Assembly (NCBI GenBank): GCA_030390025.1
Contig: CM059449.1
Span: forward strand, 19,964,001-20,028,000
DNA: 64,000 nucleotides
Direction: 5' to 3'
DNA from: Squalus acanthias
Taxonomy: Eukaryota
Part shown: positions 23,677 through 37,084 of the stretch, one piece after another
How positions within the stretch are numbered: position 1 is the stretch's first letter
Layout: each line of letters opens with the position of its first letter
Translations under genes and position numbers: made by a program
The notes under the pieces: model-generated
What the model was told of the DNA's origin: nothing
The model's database searches: none
What the model saw: the letters and a program-made list of their open reading frames with translations, nothing else

Positions 23677-24780
23677 TTCCATACCAGTGCTGCCGATATG
23701 TCTTCCTTTTTCCTCAACCGAGGATTCCCCTCTACCGTGGTTGACATGGCCCTCCGTGTCCGTTCCATTTCAGGCACTTCTGCTCTCACCCCTTCCCCTC
23801 CTTCCCAGAATCACGATAGGGTTCCCCTTGTCCTCACCTTTCACCCCACCAGCCTCCACATTCAACGGATCATCCTCCGCCATTTCCGCTACCTCCTGTG
23901 TGATCCCACCAGCAAACACATCTTCCCCTCCCCTTTCAGCATTCCGAAGGTACCACTCCCTCCGTGACACCCTGGTCCACTCCTCAATCACCCCCAACAT
24001 CCGCTCCGTGTCCCACGGCACCTTCCCGCGCAAGTGCAACACCTGCCCTTTTACCTCCTCCCTTCCCACCGTCCAGGGCTCCAAACACTCCTTCCAGGTG
24101 AAACAGCGATTTACTTGTACTTCTTGCAATCTAGTATACTGTATTCACTGCTCACGATGCGGACTCCTCTACATTAGGGAGACCAAACGCAGATTGGGTG
24201 ACCGCTTTGCGGAACACCTCCGTTCAGTCCGTAAGCGTAACCCTGAGCTTCCGGTCGCCTGTCACTTTAATTCTCAGCTCCACTCCCACTCTGATCTCTC
24301 CATCCTCGGCCTCTTACACTGTTCCAACAAAGCTCGAGGAATAGCACCTCATCTTTCGATTAGGCACTTTACAGCCTTCTGGACTCAACATCGAGTTCAA
24401 CAGTTTCAGACTATAACCTCGGCCCCTATGTTTTCTTTTTCTCTCACATGGCAGCTGTTGATGATTCTGCCATTGTCATTTACACCTCATCTAGAGTCAT
24501 CTTTTGTTTCTTAACTTGTCCCCTTACCATCTCCTTTTGCCTTGCACCATCATCCCTTTTGTCTTTTCATCTCCCCTGCCTTCCACCCAATCACAGATCT
24601 TCCCTTTGTTCTTTCCTCCACTCCCCCCTTTCCCTGCCCCTGCACTTGCTTAAAAATCTGTTACATCTCTAACTTTTTCCAGTTCTGACGAAGGGTCATC
24701 GACCTGAAACGTGAACTGTTTCTCTCTCCACGACACTTCCTGACCTGCTGAGTATTTCCAGCATTTTCTGGTGTTGTTTC
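23677..24780 (+). mobile_element. Penelope-like element with GIY-YIG endonuclease, 5'-truncated at the duplication junction
   Basis: Encodes FQVKQRFTCTSCNLVYCIHCSRCGLLYIRETKRRLGDRFAEHLRSVRKRNPELPVACHFNS; LTR hammerhead at 24680-24718. Confidence 0.9.
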
Positions 24781-27402
24781 AGTGGTTCTACAGTATTTAT
24801 GTATCATTGCTACATTTTCAACAACTACTTGTATTTATAAAGCACCTTTCATGTCGTAAAACGTCCCAAGGCGTTTCACAGGTGCGTTATCAAACAAAAT
24901 TTGACACCATGCCACATAAGGAGATATTAGGACAGGTGACTAAAAGCTTGGTCAAAGAGGTAGAGAGGCGGAGAGGTTTAGGGAGGGACTTCCGGAGATT
25001 TAGGCCTAGGCAGCTGAAGGCACAGCCGCCAATGGTGGGGCGATGAAAATCGGGGATGTGCAAGAGGCCAGAATTGGAGGAGCGCAGAGATTTCAGATGG
25101 TTCGAGGACAGGAGGAGGTTACAGGGATAGGGAGGGGCGACAACATGGAGGGAGTGGAAGACAAGGAATAAAATGTTAAAACTGAGGCATTGCCAGACCG
25201 GGAGCCAATGTAAGGCAGCGAGCATAGGGGTGATGTAAGAAGGGACTTGGTGCAATTTAGGATCAGGGCAGCAGAATTTTGGATGAGCTCAAGCTTATGA
25301 AGGGTGGAAGATAGGAGGCCAGCCAGGAGAGCATTGGAATAGTGAAGTCTAGAGGTAACAAAGGCGTAGATGATGGTTTCAGCAGCAGATGAGCTGAAGC
25401 AGGAGCGGAGACGGGTGGTGATGGAGCAGAAACGTGGTCGGAAGGTCCTCTCGGGGTCAAATAGGACGCCAAGGTTCCAAACGGTCTGAATCAGCCTCAG
25501 ACAGTGGCCAGGAAGAGGGATGGAGTCGATGGTTAGGTAACGGAGTTTGGGGCAGGGACCGAAGACAATGGCTTCGGTCTTCCCAGTATTTAGTCGGAGG
25601 AAGTTTCTGCTGGTCGAACAAGCAGCGTGACAAATCAGAGACAGTGGAGGAGTCGAGAGTGGTGGTGATTCACAATGCACGATGGGGACGCAGACCTCAG
25701 AACTGCCCAACCCAAAGAGAGGAACGCCAACCATAAAGAAATTTATCTATGCAACTTTCTATCTTTGAGATAATGGGAAGGATCACAGAGGTCAATCACT
25801 TATAGCCGGAGGCTTCTCATTCACTGTGCCCAGTAGGGCTTAGCTGGGCAGACGTTTCCATATCTCAGGCTCCTACATCAAAAATGAGATGACTCAATCA
25901 GAGTGGTAAATCCGATTGATGGCTTGGCGGACTAAACTCCACAATCTTAAAGGGAGTTTTATTCTCTCTCTTTTACAGGAACAGCAACATGACAGTAAAC
26001 ACAGAACCAGTCTGGATCAACTAGCTTGAAAGTTAGTTTCCACTCACAATGTCAATAGAGAGTGCGTTTTTGTTATTTTTCATGACACGAGGAGTGGTAA
26101 GAAATTGAGAGGTCTCACTGTGAACAGTACTCTGCTCGTTCACAGATTTCATGTAAAATAACCCCGTTTATTGGTTTTCAATTGTGCCTCGTTTTGCTGG
26201 AGTGCTTTTCAGTCTGCCTTCCATAAAACAAAACCATTTCAACAACATCCTACAACAGAGTGGAGATATGGCCAATTTAAAGAGCCGGGTTCTTGCAGGG
26301 TTTATTTTTAGTGCAAAAATCCAGGAGAAAACCAGTGGCGAAAACCGGACCTCCCAAAAAAGCCCAGGTAAATTTGGGAAGTAAGGGTCTCAAAAATATA
26401 GTCAAGCTGATTGACAACTATTATTTACACAATTCAGTGACACCACTTTTATGCAGCTCACCATCTGACTTCCACTTAACCCGTAGATAGATTTTTTTTC
26501 AAACTAAAAGTAAAATTGAGGAATCTATGTTTACAGCTGTGCCTCCAGTTAACTATGATGGTGGGATGTTAAAAATTGTTGGAGATTATGCAGAGCGGAA
26601 TAGTTGCAATCTTGCTTTCAGTAAACGGTGCCTTTGGTGTGTGCCCGGTGTCAGCCTTTGATCGGTGACCTGAGGCTTGAAGGGACTAGTATTTATGCTA
26701 CCTAGCAGTACACTGCTGTTCTTGCTCCATGCTTGACTAGGAATGAAAGACTGACATTTCATGCAGCATAAAGAATAGTCCTCACAGCAACTTGTAACGT
26801 TCATCGAGGTCCCCTTAAAAACATCAAATTGCACAGCCTTCCATTTGTTTTCCTGCTGAAAATTGGACCCAGAGATGCACGTGCATCACATCACTGTGCA
26901 CGCTGCCTGACACAGACAGCATGCGGTGTGCACACGTGAACAGGAGTGGGCCATTCAGCCCCCTCGAGCCTGCTCCGCCAATCAATGGCTCATCTGTGCC
27001 TCATCTCCACTGTCCCGCCTCAGCGCCATGTCCCTTGACAGTTGACACCCTTACAAACTGAGCGATTTGTGCATATTTCTACATCTAATTTTTAGCAAAA
27101 TAGAAGACGGGGAGAAATTTCGGTTTGTTTTTCCCCAACAGGAAGTCAGTTTTTACAGATCCTAAAAAATAACTGAGAATTTATCAGTGGAAGTCGGTAA
27201 AAGTCCCTAAATATTGGCCATGACACCAGAAGTGTTCCATCCACGACTTCAAATGGTGCCATTACATCTTTAATATCCACCTGAACCCTCAGGGCCTCAG
27301 TGTAGCATCTCATCAAAGGACGATGTACAGTACAGCACTAGACCTAGAGTATAAGCACAAGTCCAGGAGCTGGCTTTCTCTAACTCACAAGGATCACTAT
27401 AG

Positions 27403-27884
27403 GAAGGACGTGGAAGCATTGGAAAGAGTGCAAAGGAGATTTACCAGGATGCTGCCTGGTTTGGGGGGGAGGTCTTATGAGGAAAGATTGAGGGAGTTAG
27501 GGCTTTTCTCTTTAGAGCGGAGGAGGATGAGAGGCGACTTAATAGAGGTTTATAAGATGATGAGGGGGATAGATAGAGTGGATGTTCAGAGACTATTTCC
27601 TCGGGTGGAGGTAGCTGTTACAAGGGGGCATAACTATAAGGTGCATGGGGGGAGATATAGAAGGGATGTCCGAGGTAGATTCTTTACTCAGAGAGTGGTT
27701 GGGGTGTGGAATGGACTGCCTGCTGTGATAGTGGAGTCGGACACTTTAGGAACTTTCAAGCGGTTATTGGATAAGCACATGGAGCACACCAGAATGATAG
27801 GGAGTGGGATAGCTTGATCTTGGTTTCGGACAATGCTCGGCACAACATCGAGGGCCGAAGGGCCTGTACTGTTCTATGTTCTAT
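27403..27884 (+). mobile_element. Young CR1 LINE 3' fragment, unit-B specific
   Basis: Encodes RKDVEALERVQRRFTRMLPGL...FFTQRVVGVWNGLP, with a (ttctatg)n tail. TSD gatcactatag / gatcacgatag at 27392-27402 and 27885-27895; empty site at ~9421. Confidence 0.93.
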
Positions 27885-30003
27885 GATCACGATAGAATCA
27901 GTAACAGGCGACGTGCTCTAGTTTAAAATAACTAACAGCGAGGTGGATGTGGGTTGAGGTCCCCATTCTGCACCTCAGTAGCCTGTTGAGAGTTAAGCTC
28001 TCGTGCAAATGGCCAAACATGTAGAAAGCCAACCAGCTCACTGACCATTTCAAGGAATAGATAAGGAAACAGGTTTAGTCTGAAATATTCTGCTGTATCT
28101 CATATTCTATTGAGAAATGCCGTTTACAGAAGTAAAAACAAAAGGAAGGGCTCGTGCTGCTGAGCTGCGGCTCTCGGTGAATGTTGGGTGACGCTAACTC
28201 TGGTGACCATCACCGATTATCTTGACTGTGGCTTCTCCTTTAACTGCTTGCACAAGCTGCAGGAAATGACCAGCTTCAACCCACCCATCTGCTGCTGATC
28301 AGTGCAGTAAATAGTTACCAAGTATAGTGAGAGAAACACAGACCAGATGGGCTGTGATGGATTTCCAGTGAAACCAGATCAACGCCCAGAGGATGCGGTG
28401 CTGGATCTGATCGGGGTCATATTGTGAAGGCTCCTGTTCAGTACAACGTGATTTCCGAGCTCACCCTGTCTGGAGAGACCGGATGATCCCTGTGTACTTG
28501 ATGTGCATCGAGGTGTCTGATCATCTTCCAACACAGCTGCACCCCTTGTAAACTTGGAGCCATTGGGTAAGACCTTATTGTAGTCTCTTTGTTTGAATCT
28601 GTTGAGAAGAACAGTTTCCATTTGAGTTCAAGTATCTCTTGTCACTGATGAATAGAGTCCATGTCACTTTAAAGTGAATTCGGCCTTTCTCTCTTCCTTC
28701 TCATGAGTTGAATTATTCCTGGTCGTGGTTTAACAATGAGAATTCCACTATCAGTTCAGGTCGCTGCTTCTGGTGGGGAAACCTCCCTCTTACTAGCTCC
28801 TAATGTTTGCTTTTCAACTCTTTAAGGTCATTTTAATCTAACTCGCCAGGCAGGATACCCACGGGATCGGGGTAACACTGGTTTTAAACCCAGCCCAATA
28901 TTACTCTCCACTGACGTCGAATATCGGTGGCCATCAAATACCACCTCATCCAATCTTCCGGTTAACATGGGCGTTTGGTAAAAATAAAATCAGACAGTAC
29001 ATGTGCACCAGTCCAATTACACACAGCTCAAAGGGGAATGCACAATTCCCCCTTCGGAGGAACGAGGGATGATTGCAGCAATCGGGAGCTCCCGGGCAGG
29101 GTGGGCAATACAGCCCATAATATTGCAATCATTAAAAATTGGAAATTGGACGGAAAATCCTGAGTTACTGCCCCACGAGTTTCTGTTCTGTGCTCCCAGC
29201 CATCACCGACCCTGGCTGCGAGTGAGCAGTCAATGTACACGAACCAGCCAATCGGCTCTGACATCAGACACTATTTCAACAGTAAGTTGGAGGAAATGTT
29301 CGCTACAGGCCCTACCGAGGCACTCCACCAATAAACTGAACCACAACCAATTGTTTTATACTAAATCCTTTCTATCCAATACATTAAATGTGATTAATTT
29401 TTTGACATTTCATGTCTGATTTCTTCACACCCAGGAGATTTATTAAACTGTCTATTGGACTGTGGGAGACCCGTGGTTTCTCAGTCCCTTGTGTCAGCTG
29501 TGGCTCAGTTGGTAGCACACTCGCCTGAGTCAGAAGTTTCTGGGGTCAAGTCCCACTCCAGAGATTTCAGCACAAAAATCTAGGCAGACACTCCAGTGCA
29601 GTGCTAAGGGAGTGCTGCATTGTCGGAGGTGCCGTCTTTCGGATGAGACGTTAAAACGAGGTCCCGTCTGCTCTCAGGTGGACGCAAAAGATCCCATGGC
29701 ACTATTTCAAAAAAGAGCAGGGGAGGTATCCCCGGTGTCCTGGCCAATATTTATCCCTCGATCAACATAACAAAACAGATTATTTGGTCATTATCACATT
29801 GCTGTTTGTGGGAGCTTGCTGTACACAAATTGGCTGCCGTGTTTCCCACATTACAAGAGACTACACTTCAAAAAGTACTTCATTATCTGTAAAGCGCTTT
29901 GAGACGTCTGGTGGTCGTGAAAGGCGCTATATAAATGCAAGTCTATCTTTCTTTCTTCCTCTGATCTCTCACTGATGAGCTTATGTCGTTTCTCTCCTAG
30001 AAC

Positions 30004-30076
30004 ATGTTTTTGTTCCACTCACATTCCCTCACAGAGCAGTCCTGGTTAATACTGTTCCTATTCATCACTGACCCAG
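30004..30076 (+). CDS. CD2/SLAM-family receptor B, leader exon
   Basis: Same acceptor, ATG and donor as receptor A; encodes MFLFHSHSLTEQSWLILFLFITDP. Confidence 0.78.
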
Positions 30077-31732
30077 GTAGGAAAATCTCTGCTTAATATC
30101 ATTAGCACAATTATCAGAATACAACAGGGGTGAGTTACATTAAAATGTTTGTCTTGTCTGTTTAAAACAGTCAGCGATCGGGGGCAAGATGTAGGTTTAT
30201 TAATAAAAATTCAAGCGATTCTATCTCTATCTCAGTCTCCGTCTCCCCATATGTTGTTGTAACTGTGTTAATGATCTGTTTGTCTTTACTTTTTCAGTAC
30301 AACAGATGGCCTTTCAGCCCATCATGCCCGTTCTATCTCGAATCCCATTTTTTTGCTCTGTCCCCATTCCTTTACACTTTTCAAATGTTTACTTCTGCCT
30401 TAAAGGTCATGACCACTTTTATACATTTATTATCTGTGTGTGTGTGTGCATGTACTTATGTATCTATCGTTGTTTGTGGCCTTATTCGTGTGTCTGTGTA
30501 CTGATCTGTGTATCTGTTTGTCGCTCTTTTTGTACCTGCCCATGTCTCTCTGTTTATGTGTCAATGGGTATATATGTTAGGTAAATATTGAACTTTACAT
30601 CTATTTGAATTTATTTGGGGCCAATTGATGAGAAAATTAAGACAGATATAGGTAGAGCAAGAGTAGTACAGTTAAAGAGTGAATGGTGCCCAGTTAGTTC
30701 TAGGGCAATAATGAGAGGTCAGTTTGGGAGATGTCACAGACTGATTGGATGATGATTACAATGTACAAGACCAGGAATATGGGCTGTAATCGCACTCTCC
30801 CCAACAACAACAACTTGTATTTATATAGCGCCTTTAATGTAGTAAAACATCCCAAGGCGCTGCACAGGAGTATTTCAAGACAAAAAATTTGACACCGAGC
30901 CACATAAGGATAAATTAGGGCAGATGACCAAAAGTTTGGTCAAAGAGATAGGTTTTAAGGAGCGTCTTAAAGGAGGAAAGAGAGGTAGCGAGGCGGACAG
31001 GTTTAGGCGGGGAATTCCAGAGCTTAGGGCCTAGGCAACAGGAGGCACGGCCACCAAAGGTTGAGCGATTATAATCAGGGATGCTCAAGAGGGCAGAATT
31101 ATAGGAGCGCAGATATCTCGGGGTGGGGGGTTGTGGGGCTGAAGGAGATTACAGAGATAGGAAGGGGCGAGGCCATGGAGGGATTTCAAAACAAGGATGA
31201 GAAGTTTGAAATCGAGGTGCTGCTTAACCGGGAGCCAATGTAGGTCCAGAACCTTACCGACAGTTTGTTGGTCTCTGGCAAAGGTTAAAGGGATTCCGGC
31301 CCCTCGGCACCTGGTGAATAGGACTCTGGGACAGTCAGTAACTTGACCATCAATTATATCCGAAGCCGAACCTCTGATAATTACTTGGCACTTCTGCCCT
31401 CATCTACAGTCTCTGCAGCTCTATGAGATGTGACTCCCAATCAGGATGGAGAACAGACTTCACAGGGCTGTTTATTAAAGAGCCCGAGGTTCTCCTTCCC
31501 ATGCAATGATCCTGGGAAGGGGGAATGTCTGAGGGGTCTTGTCAAAAGGCAGCTGCTCCCCACAAAAAGGAGCTTCACAAAATGTGCTGCACAAAGTTAG
31601 TGGAGAATATGTTCTGAAATGTTCGGCATCGGTTTAAAAACCACAGCAATAGATATCACACGGTAAAACCGCAGACACCAACACACCAGAACTAAAGACA
31701 CTAATGGGCTTGTCCTTCTGTTTCTGTTCCAG

Positions 31733-32071
31733 GTCTGGGAGAGGCTGTTCGTAATCCAGTCCCTCGACGCCTGGTGAATGGGACTCTGGGACAGTCAGTT
31801 ACTTTACCAGTAAATATACCAGGAACAGAACTTGAGACAATTACCTGGGACTTCAGAAACTTAATCACTGGGAAAAAGATTCAAGTATGTAGGAGATTAC
31901 TAAAGAACCCAGCAGTCTGTGAAAGTGAGCTGGGAGACAGGTTCAGGTTAAACCTCACCGACTACAGCCTGGAAATACAGAGCCTGATAAAAAGTGACCA
32001 AGGTCTGTATGAAGTTAATGCAAGATTAGGACAAGGTGTGCATGAAGAAGTGGTGGAACTACGAGTTTACG
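31733..32071 (+). CDS. CD2/SLAM-family receptor B, IgV exon
   Basis: 339 nt, phase 1-1; encodes VNGTLGQSVTLP...VCRRLLKNPAVCESELGDRF...ARLGQGVHEEVVELRVY. Confidence 0.93.
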
Positions 32072-33970
32072 GTAATCTCACTTTAATTAAAGTAGTACAT
32101 TTTCTGATCTAACAATTTTTATGTAGTTAAAGATGATAGGGGAGATCTTCCTGGATCTGTGCCCAAGTGGCCTGGGTCATGTGGGCGAAGTGAGTACTGG
32201 AAAATCGGACGGGTTGGAGCGCTTGCCTGTAAAGGAACCTGCCATATTTTCCTCTATTTATATTAATGGAGGAAAATTGGGCTGGCTCCTCCAAGGGAGT
32301 GCGCTCCAACCCACCCGATTTTCTGTTATGTGTTTGGGTCAGACCCAGGAAAATCTTCCTCGCTATTCTGAGTTTTATTGTATGTACTTCAGAAACTTAA
32401 TCACTGGGAGAAAGATTCAAGTATGTAGGAAAGTCCTAAACAACCCAGCAAAATATAACAATGAGCTGGGAGAGAGGTTCAGGTTAAACCTCAATGACTA
32501 TAGCCTGGAAATACAGAGCCTGATAAAAAGTGACCAAGGTCTGTATGAGGTTAATGCAAGATCAGAACAGGACATATACGATGAAGCGGTGGAACTGCGA
32601 GTTTACGGTAATCACTTGTTCAGTAACGCAGGGATTCCTTGTGTTAGATTATTGCCCTCCTCCATGAATTGCGGGAGGGTAAAAGTTACAGAGAATGCAA
32701 ATGTCAGTGAGGAAACACTAGAAATGAGTGTGAAGTCAATTTGTAATTATTTAATTTAACCGTTATTAATTACAGTTTTATGTTTAACAATTGGGATTAC
32801 AAATCACTAACGATGCAACTCTCAGGCAGTTTCCATATTGGGGTAGTTATGGGCAATGTTCCTGCTGAGGTGCGCGGGCGCGCAGTAATCCGAAAGGTCC
32901 CGCGCAGGCCGCTCAACGGCTTCTGCATTGTAAAAACCGCGCATGCGCAGAAATTTAAAGTGACCACACATTAAAAGAAACAGGCCGCACAAAACAAAGC
33001 GCAGCTTACAGCGAACATTGGATAGGGGATATTTACAGGCGGGAACATTGACAACATCATTGTAAGAACATAAGAAATAGGAGCAGGAGTAGGCCATTTG
33101 GCCCTTCGAGCCTGCTCCGCCATTCAACAAGATCACGATTGATCTTCTACCACATCTCCACTTTCCTGCACTATTGTGTCTATCTGTACAGTAGTTTGAC
33201 AGACTGTCAGATTAATCGATCTCTGTGGTTCTTTACTGTTGAAACAGTGAGAACGGAGAGCGACTCCAAGTCACAGTTTGTTAAACAGAAATCCCACACA
33301 CTCACGTGATATGAATTTGAAGTCAGGACAGAAGGGGAGCAAGATTATTATTTTGCCCCTCTATTGCCTAATTAGATTTAAACATGGGCCCTGCCTGCCT
33401 GTCTGATGTGGTGTTAAGGTGGATGTTAAAGATCCCACGAGACTATTTGAAGAAGAGCAAAGAGCTCGCGTGATATCCTGGCCAATATTTCTCCTTAAAC
33501 CAACATCTCCAAAATCAGATTAACTAGTTATCTAACTCATTTGTCAGCTCCTGCTATATCCAAATTAGCTTCAGTGTTTACCTGCATAACAACAGTGACT
33601 GCACTTCAAAGACATTTATCTCTTTGGGGTCGGAGAGGAATTTCCCCGATTTTGTTCCCCCAAAATTGGCCTGGGTTTTTAATGTTTTTTTGCCTCTCCC
33701 AGGAGATCACATGGCTTTGGGTGGGGTGGAGAATATATATTGCGATGCACAAGGTATCACAATTGTGTGGGATGGGTTGGATGGACCAGAGGGTTTTTTC
33801 GGTCTGGCATTGTTCGTATGTTCATAAGTACTTTGAGACGTTTCTGGAGAGAAGTAACGAGGTGCTGGATATATGCAAAAGTTGTTATTTTAAAACCAGT
33901 TTCTTCAAAGTCTGTTCACCAAAAATGTGGGCCACTACACCAATGTTAACAAGATTTAATTCATTTACAG

Positions 33971-34264
33971 AACGTGCGTCAAGTCCTACAATACAGATCA
34001 GCGACGTGTCCTCTGATGGTATCTGTAATGTTACCCTGAGCTGTTCAGTGGAGAGCGGCGATGACCTGATCTACAGCTGGTGGAGAGAAGGAGGGGAGGT
34101 CACAGCTGACGGGTCACACAGTGTGACTGACAGTGGGAGGAGACTGGCAGTGTCCTTAAGCCCACACGATACCAGCACAGTGTACAACTGCACAGTGAGA
34201 AACCCTGTTAGTGAGGAGACTGGGAGCGTCGACATCGCAGGCCCCTGTAACATCACCAATAAAG
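33971..34264 (+). CDS. CD2/SLAM-family receptor B, IgC2 exon
   Basis: 294 nt, phase 1-1; encodes ERASSPTIQISDVSSDGICNVTLSC...YNCTVRNPVS...GPCNITNK. Confidence 0.93.
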
Positions 34265-35103
34265 GTTATTGTATCGGAGTTAATAGAGAGGTTACTCCAA
34301 TTAATAATTAAAATGCAGGAATGGTTGTCTGATGTAATGGGAGCTGATAATAAATCTTCTTACTTGGAGGGTTAGATTAACAGCACCTTTCAAATTAGAG
34401 TTCTACCCAATTTAAACAGGTGGGGGTAGAAATTCGCCGTGGGCAGTTTTGCAAAACGGGCGACATCACATCCGTTATAGATCCCGTTTGATACTGAGTT
34501 CAATTAAAGTCAATACATAGAATTACACAGTATTTACAGCACAGAAACAGACCATTCGGCCCAAAACATCTACGCCGATGTTTCTGCTTCATACGAGCCT
34601 CCTCCCACCCTACTACATCCCACCCTTTCAGCATATCCTTCCATTCCTTTCTCCCTCATGTGCCTTCCCCTTGAATGCATCTACGCTATTCGCCTCAACT
34701 GCTCCATGTGGTAACGAGTTCCACATTCTCACCGCCCTCTGGGTAAATAAAATAGAACTGATTATTAAGCGGGGCATGTAACGGGCCGGCAATGACATAC
34801 CGCCCGATTTGGCCAAGATGAATTTCCACCTTGTGGTAAATGTTCCCAGGTTATTCAATGGAAAGTAACATTGGACAGTGTGTACAACAGGCAGACGATC
34901 CACTACCGCCACTTTTCCAGCCGACGGAGAAAGTTAAAATGACCCCCTCTTAAGAGTGTTTGTAATGAAAACAATTATGATAGATTTTTTTAGTAGATAT
35001 AGCAATATTACAACAAATATTGCAGTAATATTAAGCTTGATTGTTGATCCCACAGCAAGGGGTTGAAAGCAGAGAGTTATTGTTTCTTTCTGTATGTTTC
35101 TAG

Positions 35104-35243
35104 GCAGTGAAAGAGAGAAGGGAGACGGCACTTTGCACTCGGCTCGGATCCTGGGAATACGAGCTGCGATATTCATTGCTGCTGTCGTTACCACTATCAC
35201 TGGGGTTTACATCTGGGAGCAAAGAACAGTTAAAGGAAACTGA
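35104..35243 (+). CDS. CD2/SLAM-family receptor B, TM/short-tail terminal exon (full protein 281 aa)
   Basis: Encodes GSEREKGDGTLHSARILGIRAAIFIAAVVTTITGVYIWEQRTVKGN*, with the TM Arg at 35160-35162. Confidence 0.87.
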
Positions 35244-37084
35244 GAGACTGTTTACAGCTTTGTACAGCAACAATCTAGTCTTTCAGAGGGAACTCTGGAC
35301 ACGGCAACAGGAGGGAAAATTAAAGTCACTGCTGAGGGTCAACATTCAAAGACACTGACAACAGGATTAATACAGCCACACGTCCAAGTTCATTCTTTGT
35401 ACTTCAGCTGTCCTTGATCTCTGAGCCGGGAGACCACTTGCACCTGATTCCCACGTGTCATATCAAAAAACAATGCAGCATTGGAAGATGGAGAGCATAA
35501 AAGATCATGAAGCACGAACAAAGTTGTTCAGCCAACCCAGTCTGCTCGCTCCACAGACCCGGTACAATCTACCCTCTCATGGTCTCCACCCGAATCCATT
35601 CCAATTCTTTTGGGAAGGTCCTGTAGTTGGTCCCTGCTTAACCATCAAAATGTCAAGTTTTTTTTCATGTTTATACCATCTGGACAGGAGCCCGTGTCAA
35701 GACGCATTGTTGGTGTATAATCTGATAATTTGTAGTTATAATTCTAGTCAGTGAGATATGTTGTACAATATAAATTCACTTAACTTTGGACTGTGCAGGG
35801 ACAAATGAGTTTGCTTTCCTCTCGGCAAAGAAGTGAAAGATCATCACTACTTGTTTAGTACAATTTCTTACTATTGTGTGCAGGAAATGTATTCCAGCCT
35901 TCCTGGCGAGCTGGTACCTCAGCAATAAGATATTTACACTTTCACGGTTAACGCTTTACAACTCAGAGCACGGAGTGGCCTTTAAAGAAAGACTTGCATT
36001 TATATAGCACCTTTCACAACCATAGGACGTCCCAAAGCGCTTTGCAGCCAATGAAGTACTTTTGAACTTTAGCCACTGTTGTAATGTAGGAAACACGCAG
36101 CAAGATTCCAAAAACAGCCATGTGATGATAACCAGTTACTCTGTTTATTAAAGTGATGTTGGTTGAGGGGTAAATATTGGTCAGGACACCAGGGAGAACG
36201 CCCCTACTCTTCAAAATAGTGTCATGGGATCTTTTACGCCCACTTTGAGAGGGCAGACGGGACCTCGGTTTAACATCTCATCCTAGATTTTGTGCTGAAA
36301 TCTCTGGAGTGGGACTTGAACCTACAACCTTCTGACCCAGAGGTGAGAGTGCTACCAGCTGAGCCACGGCCCCAAGACTGGCTTTCACCTTTAAAAATCT
36401 GGATATTTATATCTATCTTCGAGACGAGCACATGAAATGTTCAGCTATTGGAGTAACACTTACAAAGTGTAACTTTCAACTGATGTTTAAGTTAATTTTT
36501 AAACTTAAAAACTTGCAAGTCAGTTGGCAGTTAACGGTCAGTGAGCTGTAAGTAGGTCAGCTGTTAAGTACACATTGTGGTTGGGGGCTGACTAATCAGT
36601 TGAGATTGGTTTGTGTCTGAAAGGTATAGAAAGGGGGATACTTGCAAGAGCCCAGCAGTGAACTGGGAATGGAGTGGGGACTTCTAAAACGAGAATTTGA
36701 TGAGAGTGGCAATTCAGTGCAGAAGGGGAGGGAGGTGCTCAGTAAATTAACCGAGGAACAAAAGCTACGTTTTCTCCTTTTATTCACACTTTAATAAAGG
36801 GTGTCAAACTCAATTTACATGGCGGGCCAGATCAGACATCCTGGAACTTCGCATTGACAACACTGGGGTAGAAATTGTTGTGCGTTTTGCCCATTTGTTG
36901 GGCGCAATGTATACCAATTTCTGGGCACGAGGTCCGGCACCTATTCTGCGCTGGCAGCATGGCCACTGCCATATTGGTCCTCACTGTTTTTAGGTGTCCC
37001 TGGCTGTTGCCCGAGATCAGCGGTGGATCAATTTAAATAGGAACATCGGAACAAGAGTAGGCCATTCAGCCCCTCGATCTTGTT

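Larger units (their letters stand above)
4371..23677 (+). repeat. Tandem segmental duplication, unit A
   Basis: Colinear with 23677-41892 along its whole length, mid-90s % identity by eye, apart from unit-specific TE insertions. Confidence 0.93.

Noticed and set aside
23642-24514. 290-aa ORF as a novel nuclease gene
   Set aside because: It is a frameshifted Penelope GIY-YIG relic fused across the duplication junction.
27323-27817. 164-aa ORF as a host gene
   Set aside because: It is the CR1 ORF2 C-terminus, fortuitously in frame with flanking sequence.
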